Source: Escherichia phage vB_EcoM-E33. Taken from it: a stretch of 64,000 nucleotides of DNA. Shown piece by piece: positions 30,164 through 38,172 of the stretch. Both the position numbers and the translations under genes were made by a program. The notes beneath the pieces were generated by a model that ran no database searches, was not told the DNA's origin, and saw only the letters and a list, made by a program, of their open reading frames with translations. Every line of letters starts with the position of its first letter. The stretch's first letter is position 1. The stretch lies in the sequence record OL780484.1; one strand, written 5' to 3'.

Positions 30164-31123
30164 ATGATGTTAGTTATTGGTTCTCGTGCACTGCACCACG
30201 CTGGTCTGATTGAAAGTAAGCATATCGAAAATTCTGATTGGGATTTCATTGCCTACCAAGGCTCATGGAATCACTTTAAAGCACGTATGTTCGGCGCCCA
30301 TGTACACGTTGACAATCCTGATGTCCAGGCTTTCAAATGTATGCATAATGGTAAAGAAACCTATTTTGAAGCATATATCGTTCGTGCTCTGACTAACGTA
30401 CGAGAAATCACCGGTGAGCTCCAAGATGAAGATTTCACCTCAAGTTATCGTCTTCTGAAATATGCTGAAAATCATATTAAAAAGGACCGTCTTACAGGTT
30501 TCTATTGGGCAACCCCTGATATCTGTCTGGCTATCAAAACCTCCCATCGTTTCTTGAAGAATAATCCGTTCTTCTTGAAAACCATGTCCCACATCAAATA
30601 CCTTCGTAATAAAGGTATCACCCTTAACGAAGAACTCCAGGAAATTATGTTGCAACGTCAAAAAGAAACGTTGAGCTATTCCCACCCTAAATTGGATGTA
30701 AACAAATCATCGTTCTTTAATGATACCATTTATACCCTAGACCACGACTCTATCCATGAAGCAGTGGCATTGGCAGGGCGCCCTGCATATACCTTTTATA
30801 TGAAGGAAGGTTCTGAAGTCATGACCTCTCGTGAGAAGTTCGAGGCTTTGCCTGAAGCTATTAAACTGGCTGGTGTATATGAAGAAACTTGTGTCCTGGC
30901 ACTAGAACGTTCACAGGTTCCTAATGACTTCAATATTTCACCATCATTAAGTTTCTATATGGCCCTTGAGAAAGTGTGCACCTCAATCACTTCAGGTTGG
31001 TTCCGCACTTATGCATGGGAAAACTACCAAGCTGTGGTTAATATGTACAAGACTTTAGGTGAAAACGACTACATTGAACGGTTTAAGCGTAACCAACATT
31101 TAATTCGTCCTTTCGAAAAATAA
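30164..31123 (+). CDS. putative nucleotidyltransferase-fold protein
   Basis: ATG 30164 after SD gagga; N-terminal LVIGSRALHHAGLIESKHIENSDWDFIA fits the minimal NTase pattern G[SG]x9-13[DE]h[DE]h. Confidence 0.55.
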   Translation: MMLVIGSRALHHAGLIESKHIENSDWDFIAYQGSWNHFKARMFGAHVHVDNPDVQAFKCMHNGKETYFEAYIVRALTNVREITGELQDEDFTSSYRLLKYAENHIKKDRLTGFYWATPDICLAIKTSHRFLKNNPFFLKTMSHIKYLRNKGITLNEELQEIMLQRQKETLSYSHPKLDVNKSSFFNDTIYTLDHDSIHEAVALAGRPAYTFYMKEGSEVMTSREKFEALPEAIKLAGVYEETCVLALERSQVPNDFNISPSLSFYMALEKVCTSITSGWFRTYAWENYQAVVNMYKTLGENDYIERFKRNQHLIRPFEK

Positions 31124-31135
31124 TTGCACAAAACA

Positions 31136-31164
31136 GTGTACAAGGTCTATAGGTGTGATACTAT
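31136..31164 (+). promoter_or_regulatory. early promoter cassette inside a 10-bp inverted repeat
   Basis: -35 GTGTAC 31136-31141, TACTAT 31159-31164; aggtctatag (31143-31152) pairs with ctatagacct (31161-31170). Confidence 0.5.
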
Positions 31165-31201
31165 AGACCTATCAAAACAACAGAGTGAAATGGAGAATAA
31201 A

Positions 31202-31414
31202 ATGAAACTTTCTAACCAAGCAATCAACATGTTAAACGAAGTTCGTGCAGCTGGTGCTAAATGCCTGATGGTTAACACTCGTGACGGTGACCTTCGTCAA
31301 GCATTTGGTGAATTGAAATCTGCTGACCTGGTTAAATGTTCAGTTGGTATTGGTAACGCACTTCGTGTATCCTTATCCCCTAAAGGTAAAATGTACTTTT
31401 TCAACAAAAAGTAA
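31202..31414 (+). CDS. hypothetical small protein
   Basis: ATG 31202 after conserved leader gagtgaaatggagaataaaATG; ORF-track start 31124 would include the promoter. Confidence 0.55.
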   Translation: MKLSNQAINMLNEVRAAGAKCLMVNTRDGDLRQAFGELKSADLVKCSVGIGNALRVSLSPKGKMYFFNKK

Positions 31415-31428
31415 GTGAGGAAAATATT

Positions 31429-32115
31429 ATGAATAGTTCTAAAGTGTTTAATAGTCAAGCTCGTGCAGTAGGCGGTTTTGCTCATGCAATTAAAAACGAC
31501 CAGATTAAAAACGAGCCTATGTTCTTTAACTGTGATTTGAATTTTGCTTTTGATAATGGCAGCCCAATTACTCGTAGCTTTATCCAAAATCTTCCTGACG
31601 ATTGGAAAGACTCGGATGTAGTATTTGATTCCCGTGTACACATGTTAATGCCTGGCTGGTATCCTGCTATCCCAGGTTATCACCATGATGATGTACCACG
31701 TCCGGATATTCCGGTGGGTCAACACTTTATTACCGCAGGGCAACCTGATTATGATAATCCTCGATACCATTCTGAACATATTCTTGGTCTTGTTAACGCT
31801 GATGTGTGTCCTACTCATTTTGCAACCGGAACTGCACAGTTCAGTCAGATTCCTGAAGGCGAACTTATCTATCGCCAGTGGCATAAAGAAGTTCTGGAAA
31901 AAATTGAGTCCAATGAATTAACCAAGTGGGATGCTCCTGACCGCACGTTACTCCAGTTTGATTGGCAGACATGGCATACAGGTTCTCGTGCAGTAAGTAA
32001 CGGTTGGCGCTGGTTTGGTCGTGTGTCTCGTAATACAGACCGTGTTAAAAAGATTACAAATGAAATCCGCGTTAATGCTCAAGTATATCTGGAATTCCCT
32101 ATGGAGGGCTGGTAA
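31429..32115 (+). CDS. hypothetical protein; spacing of HxD...H...RxS reminiscent of 2OG-Fe(II) oxygenases (speculative)
   Basis: 228 aa; HHD at residues 85-87, H183, RVS 198-200; SD gagga then ATG. Confidence 0.5.
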   Translation: MNSSKVFNSQARAVGGFAHAIKNDQIKNEPMFFNCDLNFAFDNGSPITRSFIQNLPDDWKDSDVVFDSRVHMLMPGWYPAIPGYHHDDVPRPDIPVGQHFITAGQPDYDNPRYHSEHILGLVNADVCPTHFATGTAQFSQIPEGELIYRQWHKEVLEKIESNELTKWDAPDRTLLQFDWQTWHTGSRAVSNGWRWFGRVSRNTDRVKKITNEIRVNAQVYLEFPMEGW

Positions 32116-32708
32116 TGGCCCTTTATGAACCTGGTTGTATGGGTATTGATACAAACTTCATCCGTCGGTCGGAAAATGCTGGAATTATTATCCCAAGTGG
32201 TGAGAATATGATTATTAAAAAGTCCTGGCGAAATATCGATGACTGTGATGAAGGAATTTCAGCCAGTACAATAGATTGGTCAGGTTGTACTGCCGAAATG
32301 AAACAGCTTTTAATTGAGGAATATAAAATGGGCTATATTGTAAACGGCTGGCAACCAGTAAAGAAAATCACTCGCACTGACGATAAGTATATTTGTCTCC
32401 AAGATGGAAAGGCCAGGCTCATTGATACTGAATGGCTTACGTTCGGACGATATGTTGTAGCGTATTTTATTACTTTACTTCCAATGTTAGTGCTGAGTTC
32501 ATTTTTAATCGATGCCAACTGGAATGATGCGCTAGAACGAACTATTATTGGCGCTGGATTAATGAACCTTGCCGCCGCTGGCGCTGCTTTAAGTATTTGG
32601 TGCTTGGCTATTGAAATGCCATGGCGTTTACGTCGTCAACAACGTCTTTACGACGAAGGTAAAATCAAACAGAATTTAAATGAGTTTATTGAGGAATGCC
32701 GTAAATGA
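32115..32708 (+). CDS. membrane protein (two C-terminal transmembrane helices)
   Basis: TAATG overlap with the upstream gene; hydrophobic YVVAYFITLLPMLVLSSFLI and IIGAGLMNLAAAGAALSIWCLAI. Confidence 0.55.
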   Translation: MALYEPGCMGIDTNFIRRSENAGIIIPSGENMIIKKSWRNIDDCDEGISASTIDWSGCTAEMKQLLIEEYKMGYIVNGWQPVKKITRTDDKYICLQDGKARLIDTEWLTFGRYVVAYFITLLPMLVLSSFLIDANWNDALERTIIGAGLMNLAAAGAALSIWCLAIEMPWRLRRQQRLYDEGKIKQNLNEFIEECRK

Positions 32709-32941
32709 GTATTGCAATTTATATTAAATCTGAGTCATGTGATTCTTACCTGTATTCCTATGATACCGGAACATCAGAAGAGAAAATTAAAGAAGACTTA
32801 GAAAGCGATATGGATATGTTCTGTCCTATTGGTGACTATATGCTTCAAGTGTCTGATAGTGAAAGTCCATCATCAGAAAATAGACTTCAAATTATTATGC
32901 AAGATATTTTTAAACAATCATGGGAACGAGACGATGAGTAA
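32705..32941 (+). CDS. small acidic hypothetical protein
   Basis: ATGA overlap with the upstream stop; 78 aa. Confidence 0.5.
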   Translation: MSIAIYIKSESCDSYLYSYDTGTSEEKIKEDLESDMDMFCPIGDYMLQVSDSESPSSENRLQIIMQDIFKQSWERDDE

Positions 32942-33383
32942 GAAAGCTAAGGAATTATCGGCAGGTATTTTGTTCATGACCGTTGATAAAGAACTAGTTA
33001 TGGGTCGTGTAACAGGCTCTCGTAATCCAGAGAATATGCGTCATAAATGGGACATTCCTAAGGGTCATGTCGAACCAGGCGAAGAGCCTATTCAAGCGGC
33101 AATGCGCGAAACCGAAGAAGAGATTGGATTCACAGCATACGATCCTGCGTTCCTGAAAGACCTAGGTGAGTTCAAATATTCAAGCAATAAGAATCTACAT
33201 CTGTTCTTATATACAGTGCCTGTGGAACACGAGCAGTTCAAGGATTGCAAATGTACGGCTTACCATACGTTCCCTGATGGTCGTACTATTCCTGAATTCG
33301 ATGCTTTTGCCTTGATTAAACGGCCACAATGGGAATATGTCATGGGCCCGTCGATGTTTAAGGTTTTGGATTCACTCTTTTGA
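32934..33383 (+). CDS. nudE: Nudix hydrolase (NudE-like)
   Basis: Nudix box GHVEPGEEPIQAAMRETEEEIGF; ATG 32934 overlaps the previous stop (ATGAGTAA); ORF-track start 32829 would be a 35-aa extension. Confidence 0.85.
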   Translation: MSKKAKELSAGILFMTVDKELVMGRVTGSRNPENMRHKWDIPKGHVEPGEEPIQAAMRETEEEIGFTAYDPAFLKDLGEFKYSSNKNLHLFLYTVPVEHEQFKDCKCTAYHTFPDGRTIPEFDAFALIKRPQWEYVMGPSMFKVLDSLF

Positions 33384-33413
33384 TATAAATACCTCCTATA
33401 CTCAGGAGGTATT
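33384..33413 (+). promoter_or_regulatory. late promoter TATAAATA plus SD-sequestering hairpin of gene e
   Basis: TATAAATA 33384-33391; atacctcct (33389-33397) pairs perfectly with aggaggtat (33404-33412), which contains the e gene SD. Confidence 0.7.
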
Positions 33414-33908
33414 ATGGATATTTTTGATATGTTACGTCAAGACGAAGGTCTTGATTTAAATCTTTATAAAGACACTGAAGGTTATTGGACTATTGGCATT
33501 GGCCAATTGATTACTAAGAACCCTTCTAAAGATGTTGCTCGTGCTGAACTTGATAAGCTTATGGGTCGAGTTTGTAATGGTCGTATTACTATGGCTGAAG
33601 CTGAACAACTCTTTAACCGATCGGTTGAAAATGCTCGTAGAGCTATTCTGCGTAATCCTAAATTGAAACCTGTTTATGATGTACTGGACGAAGTTCGTCG
33701 TTGTGCTTTAATTAACATGGTCTTCCAAATGGGTGAAGCAGGCGTAGCAGGGTTCACTAACTCTTTACGTATGCTCCAACAGAAACGTTGGAACGATGCG
33801 GCAGTTAACCTGGCTCAATCCCGTTGGTATAAACAAACTCCTAATCGTGCTAAGCGCGTGATTTCAACATTTAAAACAGGTACTTGGAAAGCATATGAAA
33901 ACTTATAA
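33414..33908 (+). CDS. e: endolysin (T4 lysozyme e)
   Basis: 164 aa; [30 protein letters not shown]...[31 protein letters not shown].. near-identical to T4 lysozyme; catalytic E11, D20, T26 present. Confidence 0.95.
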   Translation: MDIFDMLRQDEGLDLNLYKDTEGYWTIGIGQLITKNPSKDVARAELDKLMGRVCNGRITMAEAEQLFNRSVENARRAILRNPKLKPVYDVLDEVRRCALINMVFQMGEAGVAGFTNSLRMLQQKRWNDAAVNLAQSRWYKQTPNRAKRVISTFKTGTWKAYENL

Positions 33909-34293
33909 TGAATTTATCGCAGAGAATGTAATTCCTGCATCTAAAGAACTTTTGGCGATGTTTGAATCTGAAGAGTTCACTGAAGAACTGAATGAGAACC
34001 TGACCCAGGCCACTCCTCAGGTTATTCGCGTTCGTAATGCCCTTCAGACAGGCATGCAGGCTCGTGTATCTAAGACTATGAAGCTGGCATTCACCACTTC
34101 TAAAAATGAAGACTATGGTGATGGTATTGCAATGAACACTGGGCAGTATTATGTTGAGTGGAATGGTGAAACCGGTACTGCTAAGATTCGCCAAACGAGA
34201 GCAGCGGGTGGCAAAATGTTGGACCTTAAACTGAACGTTAAAGAGAAAGACGTCGCGGCTTTGTTCAAGAATTGGATGAAGACTTACAAATAA
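33895..34293 (+). CDS. internal-protein-like protein with capsid-targeting leader
   Basis: N-terminus [11 protein letters not shown] (identical EFIAE site to the T4 leader); start overlaps the e stop; 132 aa. Confidence 0.7.
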   Translation: MKTYNEFIAENVIPASKELLAMFESEEFTEELNENLTQATPQVIRVRNALQTGMQARVSKTMKLAFTTSKNEDYGDGIAMNTGQYYVEWNGETGTAKIRQTRAAGGKMLDLKLNVKEKDVAALFKNWMKTYK

Positions 34294-34322
34294 GTTTACA
34301 TCTCCTGTAGTCATGATACTAT
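34294..34322 (+). promoter_or_regulatory. early promoter inside stem-loop
   Basis: GTTTAC 34294-34299, 17 nt, TACTAT 34317-34322; arms atctcctgtag / ctacaggagat, the latter containing the denV SD. Confidence 0.6.
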
Positions 34323-34349
34323 AGACCTATCAACTACAGGAGATTAAAA

Positions 34350-34766
34350 ATGACTCGTATCAACCTTACCTTAGTATCTGAATTGGCTGACCAACACTTA
34401 ATGGCTGAATATCGTGAATTACCACGTGTTTTCGGTGCAGTTCGTAAGCATGTTGCTAATGGTAAACGTGTCCGTGATTTCAAAATCAGTCCTACTTTTA
34501 TCCTTGGCACAGGCCATGTTACATTCTTTTACGATAAGCTTGAATTTTTACGTAAGCGACAAATTGAGCTTATAGCCGAATGTTTAAAACGTGGTTTTAA
34601 TATCAAGGATACTACTGTCCAGGACATTAGTGACATTCCTCAGGAATTCCGTGGTGACTATACTCCACACGAAGCTTCTATTGCTATATCTCAGGCCCGT
34701 TTGGACGAAAAAATTGCACAACGCTCTACCTGGTACAAACATTACGGCAAGGCTATTTACGCTTAA
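34350..34766 (+). CDS. denV: endonuclease V (pyrimidine dimer DNA glycosylase)
   Basis: 138 aa; [34 protein letters not shown]... essentially colinear with T4 DenV as recalled. Confidence 0.93.
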   Translation: MTRINLTLVSELADQHLMAEYRELPRVFGAVRKHVANGKRVRDFKISPTFILGTGHVTFFYDKLEFLRKRQIELIAECLKRGFNIKDTTVQDISDIPQEFRGDYTPHEASIAISQARLDEKIAQRSTWYKHYGKAIYA

Positions 34767-34808
34767 TTAAATCCGTGATAGAATACTTCTATCAACTTAA
34801 GGAATAAT

Positions 34809-35168
34809 ATGAAAACTTACCAACAATTTATTACTGAATCTACTCAGCGCATTAACGAAGCTATGTCTCCTGAACAATTGGCTAAGGCCAAAGAAGGGCT
34901 GAACCCATCTGAAGTTTTTAAAGTTACAGGTAAAGACTTTGCTTCCATGGCCACTAACCAGAGCTTGGCTAAAGAACTTAAATCTAAATCTAACTTCATT
35001 CATGCTACATGGAATGGTGATTCTCTTACTTCAATAAGTGTGTACAATAAAAAAGGTCTCCTTAAGAGTTCTTATGGCGCGGATGCCATCCGTGTTTCTA
35101 AATCAGATTGGCATAAAAACACTACTAAAGCAGAAAAACCTCATAACCCGGCACTAGACCATCTTTAA
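34809..35168 (+). CDS. internal-protein-like protein with capsid-targeting leader
   Basis: N-terminus MKTYQQFITEST; 119 aa. Confidence 0.7.
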   Translation: MKTYQQFITESTQRINEAMSPEQLAKAKEGLNPSEVFKVTGKDFASMATNQSLAKELKSKSNFIHATWNGDSLTSISVYNKKGLLKSSYGADAIRVSKSDWHKNTTKAEKPHNPALDHL

Positions 35169-35176
35169 GGCTTAAT

Positions 35177-35434
35177 ATGAAAACTTACCAAGAATTTATT
35201 ACAGAATCCACTTTAGTTTCTAAACGTTGGAATATGATTGTAAACGTTAAACCTTCCGGCACTGAAGTTTCTATGGCCGACCCTAATGATGACGAACTTG
35301 AGCACGCTTTTAGCTCTAAAGAAACTGACGAGAAAGTGGTTAAGCAACTGGTTGCTGATGCAGATCAACTTCGTAAAGTAGCAGATGTTGTTAAGCTGTT
35401 TACTAAGAAAGGTTTTAAACACGAAGAACGTTAA
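35177..35434 (+). CDS. internal-protein-like protein with capsid-targeting leader
   Basis: N-terminus MKTYQEFITEST; 85 aa. Confidence 0.7.
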   Translation: MKTYQEFITESTLVSKRWNMIVNVKPSGTEVSMADPNDDELEHAFSSKETDEKVVKQLVADADQLRKVADVVKLFTKKGFKHEER

Positions 35435-35584
35435 TTAGCATTTTTAAATGGGAGCAACCTGGACCTCACAATTCTGTGAGGGACTCCCGCCAACCTGTAA
35501 TAAGGTCGAGCCCAAGTGCGGTAATGGGTAAATGCAGAAAGGGACGAATTAATGTGCCAAGGAACGGCCCTCAAAGGAAATACT

Positions 35585-36112
35585 ATGAAATTTTTAACTC
35601 CCATTTATCTAACCTTAATGCACGCCTTCGCTGAACGCGCCATTGAACGTTTAGACTCAGACCAATATACCTGGTATGAACCTGCTTCAAGAATGCAAGA
35701 GTTTGGTACTCTTCGACTTGATGGCGGACGCCAAACAGGTAAAACAAGTGCCCTTGCTCAGTTCGCCGCTGATTGGGTTTCCAAGGGTAATGATGTGATT
35801 GTTATGTCGAGTTCTTCGCATCGCTCGCGAGAAATTTGTAATGTAATAAAACAGGTTTCTAAGGCACACCCACATCTCCAAGTCGAAGGTCCTGGTTTTG
35901 TTGTCTATGATACTGTGCGCAGTTTCCTTGATGAAGACAATTTCCATAAGTATCGTGGACTATCTGTTACTCGATTATTGATTATTATCGAAGAGCCAAT
36001 GCGCCTTCCAGCGATGGATAAGTTCTATGAAGCTTACCAGGTAATGATTAATAAATTTATGTGCCAAGGCGACAAGCCTTTGCCTCTGTTCTTTGTGATA
36101 GGAATGCAATGA
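35585..36112 (+). CDS. small P-loop NTPase
   Basis: Walker A GGRQTGKTS and Walker B-like LLIIIEEP; start ATG 35585 (SD aagga); alternative ATG 35552 (ORF track). Confidence 0.55.
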   Translation: MKFLTPIYLTLMHAFAERAIERLDSDQYTWYEPASRMQEFGTLRLDGGRQTGKTSALAQFAADWVSKGNDVIVMSSSSHRSREICNVIKQVSKAHPHLQVEGPGFVVYDTVRSFLDEDNFHKYRGLSVTRLLIIIEEPMRLPAMDKFYEAYQVMINKFMCQGDKPLPLFFVIGMQ

Positions 36113-36405
36113 TGACTGATGAAGAACTTTTTGAGTTCTGTTATTTCTCACGTAAGGTTCGAAGAGAGGACCTTACTGCAAATTTCGAATATGCTTATTT
36201 CTACCCATTGGAATATGTATTCATGTCAGGGCCCTTTAAGGGCTCTCGTTTTAGATGTCATGCTCCTAGTATCCGATTAATGAAACAGGTTCCTTACTTC
36301 ACTCTCGAGTTCATCTCAGGGCCTTGTAAGGGTATTATTACTCGTAGTCTCTTGACTTATGACCAAGAGATTCATATGATTTCTGACTGGAAAAAATATG
36401 TCTAA
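36109..36405 (+). CDS. hypothetical protein
   Basis: ATG 36109 overlaps the upstream stop; internal repeat MSGPFKG / ISGPCKG. Confidence 0.5.
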   Translation: MMTDEELFEFCYFSRKVRREDLTANFEYAYFYPLEYVFMSGPFKGSRFRCHAPSIRLMKQVPYFTLEFISGPCKGIITRSLLTYDQEIHMISDWKKYV

Positions 36406-36616
36406 ATTGACAATTGAAGGTTCTGAAGAAGCTCTGAAAAGATTTGTTGAATGGCTTAATGGACCAGGTGAACAAGACTTTCTGGAAGTCTGGGATGGCG
36501 GTCGGTGGAATGGTAAAGAAATGATTTACCCGACTACCTATATCTCCGTGCAAGGTTGGACTGAAGGCCTTCGTTTGGTAGAATATGATATCGCAACTGG
36601 CGAGGAAGTGAAATGA
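36398..36616 (+). CDS. hypothetical protein
   Basis: ATG overlaps the upstream stop; 72 aa. Confidence 0.5.
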   Translation: MSKLTIEGSEEALKRFVEWLNGPGEQDFLEVWDGGRWNGKEMIYPTTYISVQGWTEGLRLVEYDIATGEEVK

Positions 36617-36891
36617 TTGAAGATATCAAGGGTTATAAGCCGCATACCGACGATAAAATCGGTAAAGTAAACGCTATCAAAGATGCTGAAGTTCGTCTTG
36701 GGTTAATGTTTAAAGCTCTGGAAGAAGAACATGTTACTCATTATATGAACTTAGATACCGAAGAGGTTTCTGAACAAGAACTAGACCAGGCTCATGAACG
36801 CATCACCCAGATTCGTAATGCAATTGACCGTCTGAAAGAAGCAAGCATGTGGGCGTGTCGTTCCGTTTTCCAACCCGAGGAAAAATACTGA
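36613..36891 (+). CDS. hypothetical protein
   Basis: ATGA overlap; 92 aa. Confidence 0.5.
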   Translation: MIEDIKGYKPHTDDKIGKVNAIKDAEVRLGLMFKALEEEHVTHYMNLDTEEVSEQELDQAHERITQIRNAIDRLKEASMWACRSVFQPEEKY

Positions 36892-37100
36892 TGAAAATTG
36901 AAAGTTTACAAGATTTCCAGCGTATCATCGGTGAAGCCTGTACTGGCTACCACAAATACTTGCTTGACGACCAAATGGCTTGTCTCGAAGAAGGTGAAGT
37001 ACAGTATGCAGCCCAACGCCTTGAACAAGTGAAAGAGTTTTACCCTGTACTGGTAGAAATTTGTTCAGCTGCTGGAAAACTTACCCCATTCCAAGAATAA
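36891..37100 (+). CDS. hypothetical protein
   Basis: ATG 36891 overlaps the upstream stop (ATGA); ORF-track start 36849. Confidence 0.5.
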   Translation: MKIESLQDFQRIIGEACTGYHKYLLDDQMACLEEGEVQYAAQRLEQVKEFYPVLVEICSAAGKLTPFQE

Positions 37101-37104
37101 AGCA

Positions 37105-37133
37105 GTTTACATCTCCTGTAGACGTGGTACTAT
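37105..37133 (+). promoter_or_regulatory. early promoter inside stem-loop
   Basis: GTTTAC 37105-37110, 17 nt, TACTAT 37128-37133; same arms atctcctgtag / ctacaggagat as the 34294 cassette. Confidence 0.6.
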
Positions 37134-37161
37134 AGACCTATCAACTACAGGAGATTACAAA

Positions 37162-37620
37162 ATGTCAGAAATTAATTCAGAAGTATTCATCCGCCGCAAT
37201 AAATTACGTCGTCAGTTCGAAACCGAATTCCGTGAACTGAATACGTCCATCAAAAAAGCCGCCATCAAGAGCGGAGTCCCAGCCTTCTTTATTAAGTACT
37301 CTAATCACTTGTTGGACCGTGCTATCCAACGTGAAATCGACGAAAAATACGTTTTTGCTTTATTCAAGCAACTCCATAACCATGTTAAAGAAATTCATGA
37401 ATTTTTAATCCAGGAACCTCTACCTGATGTAGAATCCGAAATTGTCCCTGGTAAAGTGTATCGTCCATTGCGTCTCGAAATTACCGATAAAACCTTATGG
37501 CTAGGTATGACAGTAGACCGTAAACATCCTGATAAAGGATATTCCCTTAAATGTCGTATGGCATTTGTTAACTCTAAACGTTTAGAAGGTAAAACCAGCA
37601 CGAAAGTAATCTATCTTTAA
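37162..37620 (+). CDS. hypothetical protein
   Basis: SD aggag inside the hairpin 3' arm, then ATG; 152 aa. Confidence 0.55.
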   Translation: MSEINSEVFIRRNKLRRQFETEFRELNTSIKKAAIKSGVPAFFIKYSNHLLDRAIQREIDEKYVFALFKQLHNHVKEIHEFLIQEPLPDVESEIVPGKVYRPLRLEITDKTLWLGMTVDRKHPDKGYSLKCRMAFVNSKRLEGKTSTKVIYL

Positions 37621-37632
37621 TAATGAGGTCTC

Positions 37633-38172
37633 ATGAAAAAAGTATTAGCCACTTTACTATTGACAGTTAGTATGTCTGCCCATAGCGTAGAGCCTACTTT
37701 CAGTAATGAACAACTCGATAATTTACATTATGCGTATGCTTTCGGTGAACAATACCAAAAGTCGGGAAAGTTCAAAGAAAACCCTAATCAAAAAGGATTA
37801 GGATATATTATGGCCGGATTACTATGGCAGGAATCATCTGCCGGAATTAATCAGGGTTTAAATAAAGATAAGCACCATGCTTATGGCATGTTCCAAAATT
37901 ACTTGCCTACGTTAAGAAGTCGTGTTCAACAGGTAGGTTGGAAGATGTCTGACAAAGAAATAATTCGTATGGTCCAAAAACGACAGAACAGTGCCTCTTG
38001 GGCCTACATTGAACTGTCTTATTGGATTGATGTTCACAAAGGTGACCTGAGAAAAGCGATTGCTTCTTATAATGCGGGCTGGAACGCCAAAGCAGGCAGT
38101 AAATATGCTTCTGAAGTTCTAGAAAAGGCCAATTACCTAAAATCTAAAAAGATGTTTGAGGCGGTGTATTAA
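37633..38172 (+). CDS. secreted lytic-transglycosylase-like protein
   Basis: Signal peptide MKKVLATLLLTVSMSAHS; SLT-like motifs LLWQESSAG, AYGMFQ, ASYNAG. Confidence 0.6.
   Translation: MKKVLATLLLTVSMSAHSVEPTFSNEQLDNLHYAYAFGEQYQKSGKFKENPNQKGLGYIMAGLLWQESSAGINQGLNKDKHHAYGMFQNYLPTLRSRVQQVGWKMSDKEIIRMVQKRQNSASWAYIELSYWIDVHKGDLRKAIASYNAGWNAKAGSKYASEVLEKANYLKSKKMFEAVY

Noticed and set aside
31124-31201. Long N-terminal extensions proposed by the ORF track (31124, 26645, 45423, 55128, 30101, 32829 and similar)
   Set aside because: The extensions run through the promoter cassette or the upstream gene; an internal ATG with a proper SD lies just downstream of the promoter in each case.
33414-33908. 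Endolysin e as a duplicate of the gp5 lysozyme domain, suggesting a recent duplication
   Set aside because: Both are standard in T4-type phages (virion-associated gp5 and soluble e); shared DEGL/DTEGY.TIGIGH motifs reflect old homology.
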